Positions 1-9,313 of a stretch of 32,000 nt of DNA are shown here, one piece after another. This stretch comes from Acaryochloris marina S15. GTDB lineage: Bacteria; Cyanobacteriota; Cyanobacteriia; Thermosynechococcales; Thermosynechococcaceae. The translations under genes and the position numbers were made by a program. Numbering within the stretch: position 1 is the first letter of the stretch; the number at the start of each line of letters is the position of its first letter. Location: assembly GCF_018336915.1 (NCBI RefSeq), contig NZ_CP064923.1:2520001-2552000 (forward strand), written 5' to 3'. The notes under the pieces were generated by a model. The model was not told the origin of the DNA. It ran no database searches and saw only the letters and a program-made list of their open reading frames with translations.

Positions 1-430
1 GAAATTGGAGCGGGCGTGATTGTTTAGAAAAAGACTGAATGGCAATATTGACTTTGACCTTCCCTGTGGATTTAGCAAAACCGCTGACAGTGAAAGACTG
101 ACGAGATGCCCCCTTGATCAGTTGAAATGCCTGTCCTTTAGCAGGGCCAGACGTACTAGCCACCTTTAGGGCAGCAGGGCCCTGTTTAAAAATTTGAGTA
201 TCCCGTGTAATGGAGATCTTGCCTTTTCCCACCCACTGATGATGCCAATAGTCAGGGACCGTCGTTCCTAGAGTCATCGCACCATTACGTAGGGTGATGG
301 GTTGTCTGCCCTTCTCTTTTGCCGAGGGGGGTGGCGATTTTTGCGCCTGAGAAGATTGAAGTGATATGCAGCCTGCTAGAGTTACTAACCCCATGATCAG
401 CGAGGCTCCTATTGCTCTATGTCGATACAT
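1..430 (-). CDS. putative lipoprotein; 3' part lies beyond the window start
   Basis: Own translation of the minus strand from ATG (430-428) gives MYRHRAIGASLIMGLVTLAGCISLQSSQAQ..., open to base 1. It has a hydrophobic signal peptide ending in lipobox L-A-G-C. It is not in the ORF track because there is no stop inside the window. Confidence 0.5.
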   Translation of the reverse strand, partial: MYRHRAIGASLIMGLVTLAGCISLQSSQAQKSPPPSAKEKGRQPITLRNGAMTLGTTVPDYWHHQWVGKGKISITRDTQIFKQGPAALKVASTSGPAKGQAFQLIKGASRQSFTVSGFAKSTGKVKVNIAIQSFSKQSRPLQF

Positions 431-557
431 GATGGGCTGCCCATTGTATTGCTGTTAGATTGTCACATCTCTAACGGTTGAATTGGCGTAACCCAGATTA
501 CTCAATAAGCACTGTTCGTTAGGGTCGTGGCTTCCGTGGGGGGAGAGGTATGAGGAT

Positions 558-2024
558 GAAAGCGTAATTTTTGTACATTATTCAAGTTTTTAGTGTTACT
601 CTATCTCTTGCAGAGGTTCGAGAGTAACGGTGAGAGATGGACTACGAATTTAGAGTGATTGTGGAGAAAGTTTCGGTTACCACTCAGGAAGTCGTTAAAC
701 GAGACACTCTAAAAATCTATGACATCAAGCAACCAGAATCTATTCTAGATCTAGGATTGCGTCACGAAGAACAAATCTCTCTGCTTTCCAAAGTCCAAAG
801 TGCTCTGTTATCCGAACAATCTACCCTCATCGATACTGGAGTTACGCAGTGCATCAAATGTGGTGGGAAAATAGGCAAGCTTGGTTTTCAACCATCTACA
901 TTCCATGCCGTCTTCAGCGATCATAAACTCCGTATCCAAAAACATCGGTGCAAGAATCCTGAGTGTCGATGGCAAAGTATGCCATCGGTGTTGAGCGTCT
1001 TTGGCACAGATACTCATCCTGACTTAGTAAAACTGCAATGTGAGAATGGTGCCTTGCATAGCTATCGAGAAGCTCAGGATAATATGGAGCGGCTGAATGC
1101 TCAGCGCCGGAGTGTGAATAACCATGTCCAAATCAAAAACGTGACCAATCAAGTCGGTGAGCGTTTATCTCAAGCGAACACTACCCCTCCAGATCAAGAA
1201 GAGTTACCCACCCCGGCAGCAGAACTCATTGCTCAAGTCGATGGGGGTCATATTCCTACCAAAGATAAAGACAAGCGCAGTTTTGAAGCCTTATCTGGCA
1301 TCGTTTATCGTCCTAGTGCCATTGAAGTAGTTGATAAACATCATCGCCAAATTACGGAAAAGACTTGTGTTGTTTCCGCCTTAGAGGATGAGTTGCAAAC
1401 CATCAAGACCTATCTGCATCATGCGGCACTTAAACAAGGGATGACAGAAGAGACACAGGTCACTGCCTTGGCCGATGGTGCTAGCAACTGCTGGTCAGTC
1501 ATCTCAGTTCTTGAGCCTCATTGCAAAGCATTAGAGCTGATCTTGGACTGGTTTCATATCGGCAAGAAATTCCGAAATGTCAGCAATGCACTGGGTGAAA
1601 CCTTTGCAGAATCCCTCGATAGTGCGAAGGGGAGTTTATGGCATGGAAAAGTAGATGATGCTCTGCAGAAGATTGCCATGCTTCGAGACAACATTTCAGA
1701 TGAGAAGAAGCAAACAAAGCTCAAAGGCTTATACGATTACTTAAAGAATAACAGTGAATATCTTGTCAATTATGACGAGCGAGATAAAGCGGGGCTAGCT
1801 TATACCAGTCAAGTTGCAGAATCTCATATTGACACCCTCATTAATGCTCGCCATAAAAAGAAGCAGAAGATGCAATGGACTCGGGTAGGTGCCCATAATG
1901 TCTTGCAAATCAGGGCGAGTATGATCAGTAATGAATGGAGTGATAATTGGCTAGATTTAGTTCTTCCTGAAGAAGAAAAAGCTGCTTGAGAATTAGGCTT
2001 TTAATGTAGGATATTTACGCTTAC
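558..2024 (+). mobile_element. IS copy 1 (1,467 bp; ISKra4-like, family tentative)
   Basis: Boundaries come from a three-way comparison of the copies. Identity starts at GAAAGCGTAATTTTTGTACATTA and ends at TAATGTAGGATATTTACGCTTAC. Imperfect terminal IRs match at about 18 of 23 positions (GWAAGCGTAA...TACATTA). Confidence 0.85.
637..1989 (+). CDS. IS transposase, 450 aa (zinc-finger CxxC...C...C region plus DDE-type core; ISKra4-like tentative)
   Basis: ORF track. The protein is identical to the ORFs at 7882-9234 and 10066-11418. It has a Cys-rich CIKCGG...CKNPEC segment and an LDWFH motif also present in the transposase at 5415-6806. Confidence 0.9.
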   Translation: MDYEFRVIVEKVSVTTQEVVKRDTLKIYDIKQPESILDLGLRHEEQISLLSKVQSALLSEQSTLIDTGVTQCIKCGGKIGKLGFQPSTFHAVFSDHKLRIQKHRCKNPECRWQSMPSVLSVFGTDTHPDLVKLQCENGALHSYREAQDNMERLNAQRRSVNNHVQIKNVTNQVGERLSQANTTPPDQEELPTPAAELIAQVDGGHIPTKDKDKRSFEALSGIVYRPSAIEVVDKHHRQITEKTCVVSALEDELQTIKTYLHHAALKQGMTEETQVTALADGASNCWSVISVLEPHCKALELILDWFHIGKKFRNVSNALGETFAESLDSAKGSLWHGKVDDALQKIAMLRDNISDEKKQTKLKGLYDYLKNNSEYLVNYDERDKAGLAYTSQVAESHIDTLINARHKKKQKMQWTRVGAHNVLQIRASMISNEWSDNWLDLVLPEEEKAA

Positions 2025-2025
2025 T

Positions 2026-3231
2026 CGTCAACATGGTTGGTGCTTTGATCAGAAGGGACAGTGCGTCAAGAACCCGATGCTGGCTGATCCGACTGAGCAG
2101 GCAGTCGCTTACTGCAATGTTCGATCTCATGTAACTACCTATCCGACCCAGGTTGAACAAGGGTTGCTTTGGATTTGGCCAGATCATAATGCCCAAGCCT
2201 TTACAGACTGTCAGCAGAAACAACCCGCAACCCTGCCTGAACCTGGTTCAAAGTGGCATAAGGCTGATTGGCACATGATAGAGGTTCCCATAGGCTACAC
2301 CGTTTCGATTGAAAACAGCTTTGACCCTGTACATGCTCAATTTCTGCATGAAGGAATCAGCGGTTTTTCACCCGCGAACGCGATTCCAATGCAAGGTTTC
2401 AAACTCGTAGACGAGCTATCGGCAGAGGATGGTTTTGTTCTTAGTCATAAAGGATATAACACCTTTAATCGAGAGATGGAGGCAACTCGAACATTCCGTC
2501 CCCCTTGTGCCAACATCACCCAGTACAACTTGCCAATGGCTGGTGTCCAAACCTTTCAACTCTATTTTGTCCCGACAGCACCAGGATATTGTCGATATAT
2601 TATGAAGTTCGTGATGGACTTAGATTTTCCGGCTCGTCCTTTTAGTTTGATGCCGTGGATGAACAAAAAAATGCTAGAGTTGCTACCCGAATATGTGCAG
2701 ATTGGACTACAACATTTGGGGCTTTACAAACTCAATGATCAGGATATTACAGCTATGTATGCCCAAGAACAGAATGAGGCTGTTCTCGATACAGGGCGTA
2801 GACGTACTCCCTTCCTCCCCTCTCCTGCGGATCAGGGAACTTTGACTTTTAAAAGCTGGCTGAATAGATTTGGAAATGGTGGTCCTGAACCCAATTCTCT
2901 CTACGCAGAAGGAGTGGAAAGCCGAAGCAATGAGCAACTCTATGACCGCTGGCATCGCCATACTAAACTTTGTCCTCACTGTTGCCGTTCTATAGAGTGG
3001 ATTGCAAAAACTCAGAGAGTTTGCCATCGTTTGACGACTGTGACGGTAATTCTGGGGGGAATCATGCTTTTGCTACCACTATCAGTCCGACTCAGTCTGG
3101 GATGCTTCGCAATTGCAATTCTAAGTCTTCTAGGACATCAGGGACTCACAAAATTGCACTCGCATTTCATGAGTAGTATTCCGCGGCAAGGGATGCCAAA
3201 CCTTCAACTTTGGCCCCATGGAGGTACTTGA
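2026..3231 (+). pseudogene. Rieske/PaO-family oxygenase, C-terminal fragment (starts inside the Rieske CxxH motif)
   Basis: The frame of ORF 2077-3231 is open back to the IS right end and reads RQHGWCFDQKGQCVKNPMLADP... It has a PaO/Tic55-like C-terminal CxxC (LCPHCC) followed by hydrophobic helices. The N-terminal half of the gene is at 9314-9597 on the opposite strand. Confidence 0.85.
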
Positions 3232-3321
3232 ACAGAAACTTATTGTTTTGGGTAAACACGATAAGTTTGCAAGTTGGGTTTCAAGCATTTATGAGCACGT
3301 GTCAGATCTGATAACAAGCTT

Positions 3322-3498
3322 CTAGTACTCCAAGGTGTAAGTTAGCCCACCATTAAAAGCGACAACAGGTGGGAAATTTGCACCACTCTTCAATGCAGCC
3401 GCATAGATTGCAACAGAATCTTCATTTAAACCTGTGTGACAGTGCAGCCCTCCATCACGCCGAAGGGTAGAAATCTCTAGACAAATAATAGAAGACAT
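3322..3498 (-). pseudogene. possible ParB-like N-terminal domain remnant (58 codons)
   Basis: Own translation gives MSSIICLEISTLRRDGGLHCHTGLNEDSVAIYAAALKSGANFPPVVAFNGGLTYTLEY*. The pattern resembles the ParB/Srx fold N-terminus (..V..YA.AL..G..FPPV.VF.) but stops before the expected DGxHR. It is below the ORF-track length cutoff. Confidence 0.25.
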
Positions 3499-3553
3499 CT
3501 GGCGACCTCACCTTGCATAAGGCTGATTTTACCAACTTTCTTTCTACTCCCAA

Positions 3554-4174
3554 TCACCCCCAAACCCTACTCACCCGCTCCCGATCCAACCACACCCCGA
3601 TCATCTCCTCAATCCGCTCAATCGTTTCCCCTGGCCGCAGACTCAACACCTGCAACACATCGAATGTGTCTTCTAATTCCAAGGCGCACTCAAAGCAGAA
3701 CTCGGGTGTTTCAAACGAAATTCTGATGAACGGTATACCGCTGCCCTCGATGGTGATCCAATATTTCCCTGAACTGCTTTGGGAAACCGTCAGATACTCA
3801 AGCTGACCCTTTTGCTTGGTCTGCTGAACCAAGTTCCTTTGACGCTTCTCCAGTGCGTGAAATTTGGACTCAAAAGCTCTCGACACTCTGGGGGGTCGGA
3901 CCCTTCCTGGTGTTTGCCGAGCTGAATACCCTCGCTGCGTTCTCCGAGTATCGGTGGGTTCACTGCGGTCGTATCTGGGGGTGGGTTCAGTGGTGCGATC
4001 ATCATCTTCAGGCTGTGGAGTCGCCTTGCGCTTCACTGGCAGATCGTCTTTCCGGTCGATGGTCGGGAATGATGTCTTGTCTGGGTATGCGGGGGGTGCT
4101 TCGGTGTTTGTCGAGGGTTTCACCGGGAGGTCGGCTGGTAGCTTGGGCTTCAGGGAAATGAGTTGAGGGGGCAT
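3554..4174 (-). CDS. hypothetical protein: Pro/Thr/Arg-rich N-terminal half plus a conserved ~65-aa C-terminal domain
   Basis: Longest ORF in the region. The C-terminal part (KYWITIEGSGIPFIRISFETPEFCFECALELEDTFDVLQVLSLRPGETIERIEEMIGVWL) has a diverged second copy at 28693-28891. Confidence 0.55.
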   Translation of the reverse strand: MPPQLISLKPKLPADLPVKPSTNTEAPPAYPDKTSFPTIDRKDDLPVKRKATPQPEDDDRTTEPTPRYDRSEPTDTRRTQRGYSARQTPGRVRPPRVSRAFESKFHALEKRQRNLVQQTKQKGQLEYLTVSQSSSGKYWITIEGSGIPFIRISFETPEFCFECALELEDTFDVLQVLSLRPGETIERIEEMIGVWLDRERVSRVWG

Positions 4175-4270
4175 TGCAGATATCCTGTGCTAAGGCTGGT
4201 TCAGTTTAGCCTTCGGGAATATGGTCTGGGGGATTTCTGGGAAAAGCTTAATTTCTTAGATGTCAGCTAT

Positions 4271-4543
4271 TTATGAAGCTGTTTGAATAGGGACGCTTGG
4301 GGGTGCAAATAAGAACACTCCATTTCCTACCTCTTTACATTGACCAGATAGAGAATGGGCACTGCCCGCTAAATAGTCACTTATTCTCTGGGATGAAGAA
4401 GGTGGCAAGTCAGCCAAATTTACCAATAGCAGTTGTCCCTTTTTCAAGGATTGTACATCCGCTTCTGCTTCAGTAAATGAACTAGGATGAGACAGACGAA
4501 TTTCACAGGGAGTCTTCCCGTGCAATGGAACTAGGTTATTCAT
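4271..4543 (-). CDS. SepF-like (DUF552) core-domain protein, 90 aa
   Basis: By eye it aligns along its length to the SepF C-terminal domain: RLSHPSSFTEAEADVQSLKKGQLLLVNLADL...SQRISDYLAGSAHSLSGQCKEVGNGVFLFAPPSV. The long N-terminal region of canonical SepF is absent. Confidence 0.7.
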   Translation of the reverse strand: MNNLVPLHGKTPCEIRLSHPSSFTEAEADVQSLKKGQLLLVNLADLPPSSSQRISDYLAGSAHSLSGQCKEVGNGVFLFAPPSVPIQTAS

Positions 4544-4844
4544 AGGGCTATCTAATGCTCAGAGGTTCTGTTCATTGTGACACAACGAAATTTACTTTTA
4601 TTCGGCGGGCAAATAACTCAGAGTTTTGATCAGGGATGGTTTTCATACTCCCACTCAATTCTGACCACCAGATTCACCTATAATCCAATAACTGCAATAC
4701 TTGCAGATAATTCAGTAAAAAAACACTCTATATTTTGATTCAGTTTTGATTTTGCTGACATCTACCCCGCACTCACCGGAAAATCAGAAATTGTAGTAGG
4801 CAAAATTGTTCTCAATTCAGTTCAGTCAAGGATATACAGTATTT

Positions 4845-5243
4845 ATGGCTAAAAAAACAGCCGCCGCAAAGAAAAAAACAGCCGCAAAGAAAAAAGATAT
4901 TCAACCCCTAGTCGGGAAAGAACTACTCAAAAAGCTCAAGGATTTATCTCACCTCTCGAAGCGGGATAAAGCGAAAGAGTGTGGCTATGTAGTCGGCAAG
5001 CAAGTTAACCTAAGTGGTTTTATGAATGCCATTTTGGAAGCCAAGGGCATTTCACTAGATGGTGATGCCAATAACGACGGTAGAGGTCGAGAGGCAACCT
5101 ATCGAGTCAAAGTTCATCAGAATGGGCAGGTGGTCATCGGGTCTACCTACACCGAAAAAATGGGTTTACAGACGGGTGATGAGTTTGAAATCAAGGTCGG
5201 CTATAAGCACATTCATCTAACTCAATTGACGGAAGATAAATAA
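4845..5243 (+). CDS. cyAbrB-type transcriptional regulator (C-terminal AbrB/SpoVT domain) with a Lys/Ala-rich N-terminus
   Basis: The C-terminus GQVVIGSTYTEKMGLQTGDEFEIKVGYKHIHL is an AbrB swapped-hairpin motif. I chose the ATG at 4845 (MAKKTAAAKKKTAAKKK) over the TTG at 4806 given in the ORF track. Confidence 0.8.
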   Translation: MAKKTAAAKKKTAAKKKDIQPLVGKELLKKLKDLSHLSKRDKAKECGYVVGKQVNLSGFMNAILEAKGISLDGDANNDGRGREATYRVKVHQNGQVVIGSTYTEKMGLQTGDEFEIKVGYKHIHLTQLTEDK

Positions 5244-5406
5244 GAGTATTTACGCTTTTACCCAAAATTAATTCGATTTCTCGCGAGAATCTAACAACAC
5301 TCATATTCTGCTATCTCACATCCTGAAAGAGATTGACAAGTTCCTTATAAATAGCTTTGGGCTTAAGCATAAGTCAGCAAACTGAATACCTGGAATACAT
5401 CACATC

Positions 5407-6892
5407 GGGCGTATTTAGCGGATCGGGGATGCCTTAGTTTTCGGAATGGTCACCTCTGGGAATAAGGAGTCAAACCGTTCATTGACCCAGGCAATTCTCA
5501 AGATCAGTAAATGGTTGAAACCATCCTCACTCCAGCGCATGCCAACTCCCTTAAAGCGCTGCTGAATCAACCACTTGCATGCACTTTCAACCATTCCTGA
5601 CCCGAGAGGAATCTGTTGCTGTTCAAAGTGCCGATAACGGATGTGGTTATGATGGCGTTGGAAATAAGCCTGCACCTGGAGCAACGTTGAAAAAGACTTT
5701 CCCGTTAACAGTTGTGAGTGAATCAATATCGTCAAGGACCGTAATACAAGTAGGTGTTGCCCGTGTCGCAATTGGTGTCGCCAGTGCCGGAACCAGGCTT
5801 GGGCTTGAGCAGAGCGGGCATCTCCAAACATCGCTTTAGTTGCTCGTGCCAGATGGCCTGCTGAATGAAAAAAGTCGAGGACTGCCACAGCACAATGAGA
5901 GAACAAGGTGCGATAGACTCGCCAGAAGCCTCGTCCCCCATCACTGAGCCAGATGACTTTTGGAGCAGATTCAAAGTCTTGTTTGTGAGCTTCGAGTTGA
6001 AGTAAAGGGATGAACTGGTCGATATCGCCCAATACTGCCACCAGTCTTCGACGCAGTAATTGGGGGACCTCCTTTTTAGCTCGGGTAACCCGTGTTCCCA
6101 GGCGAGCTAAGATGGCGACTTTGACTTCTCGCCACTGGATTTTTCCCTTGGGTGAGTTCGGGGTGGGGCGAAAGGGGACCATCACACCATCGGCGGCAAT
6201 GGCCAAAGGTAGAGCAGATAACATCTCTGAAATCGCTTCACAAGGGGCCTGAGTCCCTGATGATTGAGCGTTGAGTTGAGCTTCTAATTCCTGCTGAGCT
6301 TTGTTACCCACGGATTGCACCCAGTTCCACAAACTGGATGGACTCACGGATAGACCACTCCACTGACCCAGCATCCAACTGGCCAGTTCATAGGGCATGA
6401 ACAGACTCAACAAGCAGCCCAGACGCACCAGTTCTTCGCTGCTGTGCTGATAGGGGGCAATCCCAATGGCTTGATCCAGGGGAGTCAACAGACTGCCTGG
6501 ACATCCTTTGGGACAACGGCCCACCCGTCGCTTTCAAGAGATAGTGCCTACCAGTGTCTGCATCTGACGAGATTCCCATCCCTTCGAATGTAAGCGGGTT
6601 CCGCAGGTAGTACATACAGGCCATACAAATACTGCTTTCGCGCGCCTTGAGAGTTCATCCTCCAGAAGACAGCGAGCTAGAAACAAGCCCATTTGCAGAA
6701 CGATATAAACCATCTGACTCAGGCTGGTTGATACTTTGAGTGCTTCAGTTTGTTCTAGAAATTCGTCATGGGCTAGCACGGTTAGCAATTGCGATGGTAG
6801 GGTCATGATAGTTTTTTGGTTCGGGTACAGGATCTATTGTCCTTGACCCGTTTTTCTTTGAGCCATGCATCCCCGATCCTTTGCTTACGCCC
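5407..6892 (-). mobile_element. IS (1,486 bp), related to the 1,467-bp IS; ISKra4-like tentative
   Basis: Terminal IRs are GGGCGTATTTAGCGGATCGGGGATGC (5407-5432) and the reverse complement of 6867-6892, GGGCGTAAGCAAAGGATCGGGGATGC (21 of 26 match). It is flanked by the perfect 9-bp direct repeat CATCACATC (5398-5406 and 6893-6901). Confidence 0.85.
5415..6806 (-). pseudogene. IS transposase interrupted by one in-frame TGA (6536-6534)
   Basis: ORFs 6534-6806 and 5415-6524 are in the same frame. The junction reads ...TLVGTIS-TGA-KRRVGRCPKGC, so a Trp codon (TGG) is the likely ancestor. There is a zinc-finger CTTCG...CPKGC region and an LDFFH motif. Confidence 0.8.
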
Positions 6893-6981
6893 CATCACAT
6901 CTCTATGAAGATTGCTTTTATTCTCAAAGGGAAAAATGGGAATCGGGTAGCATGAACATCACTAATATTGGAAATGACTGC

Positions 6982-7254
6982 ATGTCAATTTACGTTGGTA
7001 ACCTCTCTTATGATGTTACAGAGCAAGATCTAAATACCGCTTTTGCTGAATATGGGACCGTAAAAAGTGCCAAGCTTCCCACTGACCGTGAAACAGGGCG
7101 CAAGCGTGGATTTGCCTTTGTCGAAATGGGTGATGAAGCTGAGGAAGCTAAAGCTATTGAAGAACTAGATGGTGCTGAATGGATGGGACGTACTCTCAAA
7201 GTGAATCAAGCAAAGCCCCGTGAGAACAGAGGTGGTGGTGGTAACCGCTGGTAG
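6982..7254 (+). CDS. RRM-type RNA-binding protein (cyanobacterial Rbp family), 90 aa
   Basis: MSIYVGNLSYDV (RNP2), KRGFAFVEM (RNP1) and a Gly-rich tail RGGGGNRW. I chose the ATG at 6982; the ORF-track start at 6865 lies inside the IS terminal repeat. Confidence 0.9.
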   Translation: MSIYVGNLSYDVTEQDLNTAFAEYGTVKSAKLPTDRETGRKRGFAFVEMGDEAEEAKAIEELDGAEWMGRTLKVNQAKPRENRGGGGNRW

Positions 7255-7280
7255 AGCTAATTTGAATTAAGGGGGTTGGA

Positions 7281-7313
7281 ACTCATAGCTCATTTATTTT
7301 TTGAGCTATGAGT
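7281..7313 (+). terminator. hairpin downstream of the rbp gene
   Basis: ACTCATAGCTC (7281-7291) pairs with GAGCTATGAGT (7303-7313) across a T-rich 11-nt loop, 27 nt after the stop codon. There is no clear 3' U-tract. Confidence 0.4.
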
Positions 7314-7548
7314 CTGCCTGATTAAAGTTCTTCTCTTCACTTAAATGACACGAATAAGGCAACCCTTCCAGCCCAGTTGGTTTTTCATGTTAATGGTATT
7401 AGTAAAGACTTGGGTGTTATTCCCGTAAACCGTCTTACTCCCTTGATTACAGGATAGCTTGGCTTTATTCAAGCCAGTTGAATAGTAACCTTTCCAGGCT
7501 CTATCAACACTTTGGCCAAATCCCAACCAGCAATTCTCATTTTAGAAT

Positions 7549-7846
7549 TCAAGTAGAGTTAGCCCCTTCGGTGAGCATGAAATCAAACAACGCATCCCAA
7601 CTAGCGAACCAAAAATAGCGAGTCAGGGTAAATAAGTCACGGAAAAAGTCCTTTCTAGTTACCAGCAGTTCTCGCAGTTGCCCATAGGTGCCGCCAAGCA
7701 ACTCTAAAATTGTATGCATCAAAAATGCTAGCAAGTTGAGCGTCACCAGTAATTCAGCCAGATGCTCTTGGCCATGGCCAAAGTTGTGTTCCAAATGATA
7801 GCCCTTGGTTTTGAGCACATTATTGTTTTCATTCTCGACCTTCCAC
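7549..7846 (-). pseudogene. C-terminal fragment of an unclassified DDE transposase, truncated by IS copy 2
   Basis: The frame is open up to the IS boundary and reads WKVENENNNVLKTKGYHLEHNFGHGQEHLAELLVTLNLLAFLMHTILEL... From memory, the GYxLEHNFGHG...LNLLAF tail occurs at the C-terminus of cyanobacterial IS transposases. The family is not resolved. Confidence 0.5.
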
Positions 7847-9313
7847 GTAAGCGTAAATATCCTACATTAAAAGCCTAATTCTCAAGCAGCTTTTTCTTCT
7901 TCAGGAAGAACTAAATCTAGCCAATTATCACTCCATTCATTACTGATCATACTCGCCCTGATTTGCAAGACATTATGGGCACCTACCCGAGTCCATTGCA
8001 TCTTCTGCTTCTTTTTATGGCGAGCATTAATGAGGGTGTCAATATGAGATTCTGCAACTTGACTGGTATAAGCTAGCCCCGCTTTATCTCGCTCGTCATA
8101 ATTGACAAGATATTCACTGTTATTCTTTAAGTAATCGTATAAGCCTTTGAGCTTTGTTTGCTTCTTCTCATCTGAAATGTTGTCTCGAAGCATGGCAATC
8201 TTCTGCAGAGCATCATCTACTTTTCCATGCCATAAACTCCCCTTCGCACTATCGAGGGATTCTGCAAAGGTTTCACCCAGTGCATTGCTGACATTTCGGA
8301 ATTTCTTGCCGATATGAAACCAGTCCAAGATCAGCTCTAATGCTTTGCAATGAGGCTCAAGAACTGAGATGACTGACCAGCAGTTGCTAGCACCATCGGC
8401 CAAGGCAGTGACCTGTGTCTCTTCTGTCATCCCTTGTTTAAGTGCCGCATGATGCAGATAGGTCTTGATGGTTTGCAACTCATCCTCTAAGGCGGAAACA
8501 ACACAAGTCTTTTCCGTAATTTGGCGATGATGTTTATCAACTACTTCAATGGCACTAGGACGATAAACGATGCCAGATAAGGCTTCAAAACTGCGCTTGT
8601 CTTTATCTTTGGTAGGAATATGACCCCCATCGACTTGAGCAATGAGTTCTGCTGCCGGGGTGGGTAACTCTTCTTGATCTGGAGGGGTAGTGTTCGCTTG
8701 AGATAAACGCTCACCGACTTGATTGGTCACGTTTTTGATTTGGACATGGTTATTCACACTCCGGCGCTGAGCATTCAGCCGCTCCATATTATCCTGAGCT
8801 TCTCGATAGCTATGCAAGGCACCATTCTCACATTGCAGTTTTACTAAGTCAGGATGAGTATCTGTGCCAAAGACGCTCAACACCGATGGCATACTTTGCC
8901 ATCGACACTCAGGATTCTTGCACCGATGTTTTTGGATACGGAGTTTATGATCGCTGAAGACGGCATGGAATGTAGATGGTTGAAAACCAAGCTTGCCTAT
9001 TTTCCCACCACATTTGATGCACTGCGTAACTCCAGTATCGATGAGGGTAGATTGTTCGGATAACAGAGCACTTTGGACTTTGGAAAGCAGAGAGATTTGT
9101 TCTTCGTGACGCAATCCTAGATCTAGAATAGATTCTGGTTGCTTGATGTCATAGATTTTTAGAGTGTCTCGTTTAACGACTTCCTGAGTGGTAACCGAAA
9201 CTTTCTCCACAATCACTCTAAATTCGTAGTCCATCTCTCACCGTTACTCTCGAACCTCTGCAAGAGATAGAGTAACACTAAAAACTTGAATAATGTACAA
9301 AAATTACGCTTTC
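7847..9313 (-). mobile_element. IS copy 2 (1,467 bp)
   Basis: Same ends as copy 1 in reverse complement (GTAAGCGTAAATATCCTAC at 7847; ...AAATTACGCTTTC ending at 9313). Confidence 0.85.
7882..9234 (-). CDS. IS transposase, 450 aa (identical to 637-1989)
   Basis: The ORF-track protein is identical to that of copies 1 and 3. Confidence 0.9.
   Translation of the reverse strand: MDYEFRVIVEKVSVTTQEVVKRDTLKIYDIKQPESILDLGLRHEEQISLLSKVQSALLSEQSTLIDTGVTQCIKCGGKIGKLGFQPSTFHAVFSDHKLRIQKHRCKNPECRWQSMPSVLSVFGTDTHPDLVKLQCENGALHSYREAQDNMERLNAQRRSVNNHVQIKNVTNQVGERLSQANTTPPDQEELPTPAAELIAQVDGGHIPTKDKDKRSFEALSGIVYRPSAIEVVDKHHRQITEKTCVVSALEDELQTIKTYLHHAALKQGMTEETQVTALADGASNCWSVISVLEPHCKALELILDWFHIGKKFRNVSNALGETFAESLDSAKGSLWHGKVDDALQKIAMLRDNISDEKKQTKLKGLYDYLKNNSEYLVNYDERDKAGLAYTSQVAESHIDTLINARHKKKQKMQWTRVGAHNVLQIRASMISNEWSDNWLDLVLPEEEKAA

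Noticed and set aside
808-1017. 69-aa antisense ORF inside the IS transposase, repeated at 8854-9063 and 11038-11247
   Set aside because: It recurs only because the IS copies are identical. It lies fully inside and antisense to a well-supported transposase gene and has no motif or start context. It is a shadow ORF.
2707-3176. ORFs 2707-3027(-) and 2970-3176(+) inside the Rieske C-terminal fragment
   Set aside because: They lie inside a frame with clear PaO-family features (CxxC motif, TM tail). They have no independent support.
3513-4166. Overlapping ORFs 3513-3806(+), 3790-4005(-), 3853-4161(+) and 3864-4166(+)
   Set aside because: All overlap the longer 3554-4174(-) ORF, whose C-terminal domain is conserved in a second copy. 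The others are low-complexity shadows of the GC-rich, Pro-coding stretch.
5247-5257. 11-nt match (TATTTACGCTT) to the right terminal repeat of the 1,467-bp IS, just after the abrB-like gene stop
   Set aside because: The similarity does not extend beyond 11 nt on either side and there is no second end nearby. This is too short to call a solo IR or MITE without a genome-wide search.
6534-6536. In-frame TGA in the transposase as programmed recoding (selenocysteine or read-through)
   Set aside because: No SECIS-like structure was recognised, and the position corresponds to a likely Trp (TGG) in a ...TISWKRRVGRC... context. A point mutation or sequencing error is the simpler explanation.
7341-7526. 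61-aa ORF on the minus strand between rbp and the transposase remnant
   Set aside because: No motif and odd composition. It lies in what is probably the terminal non-coding part of the truncated IS.
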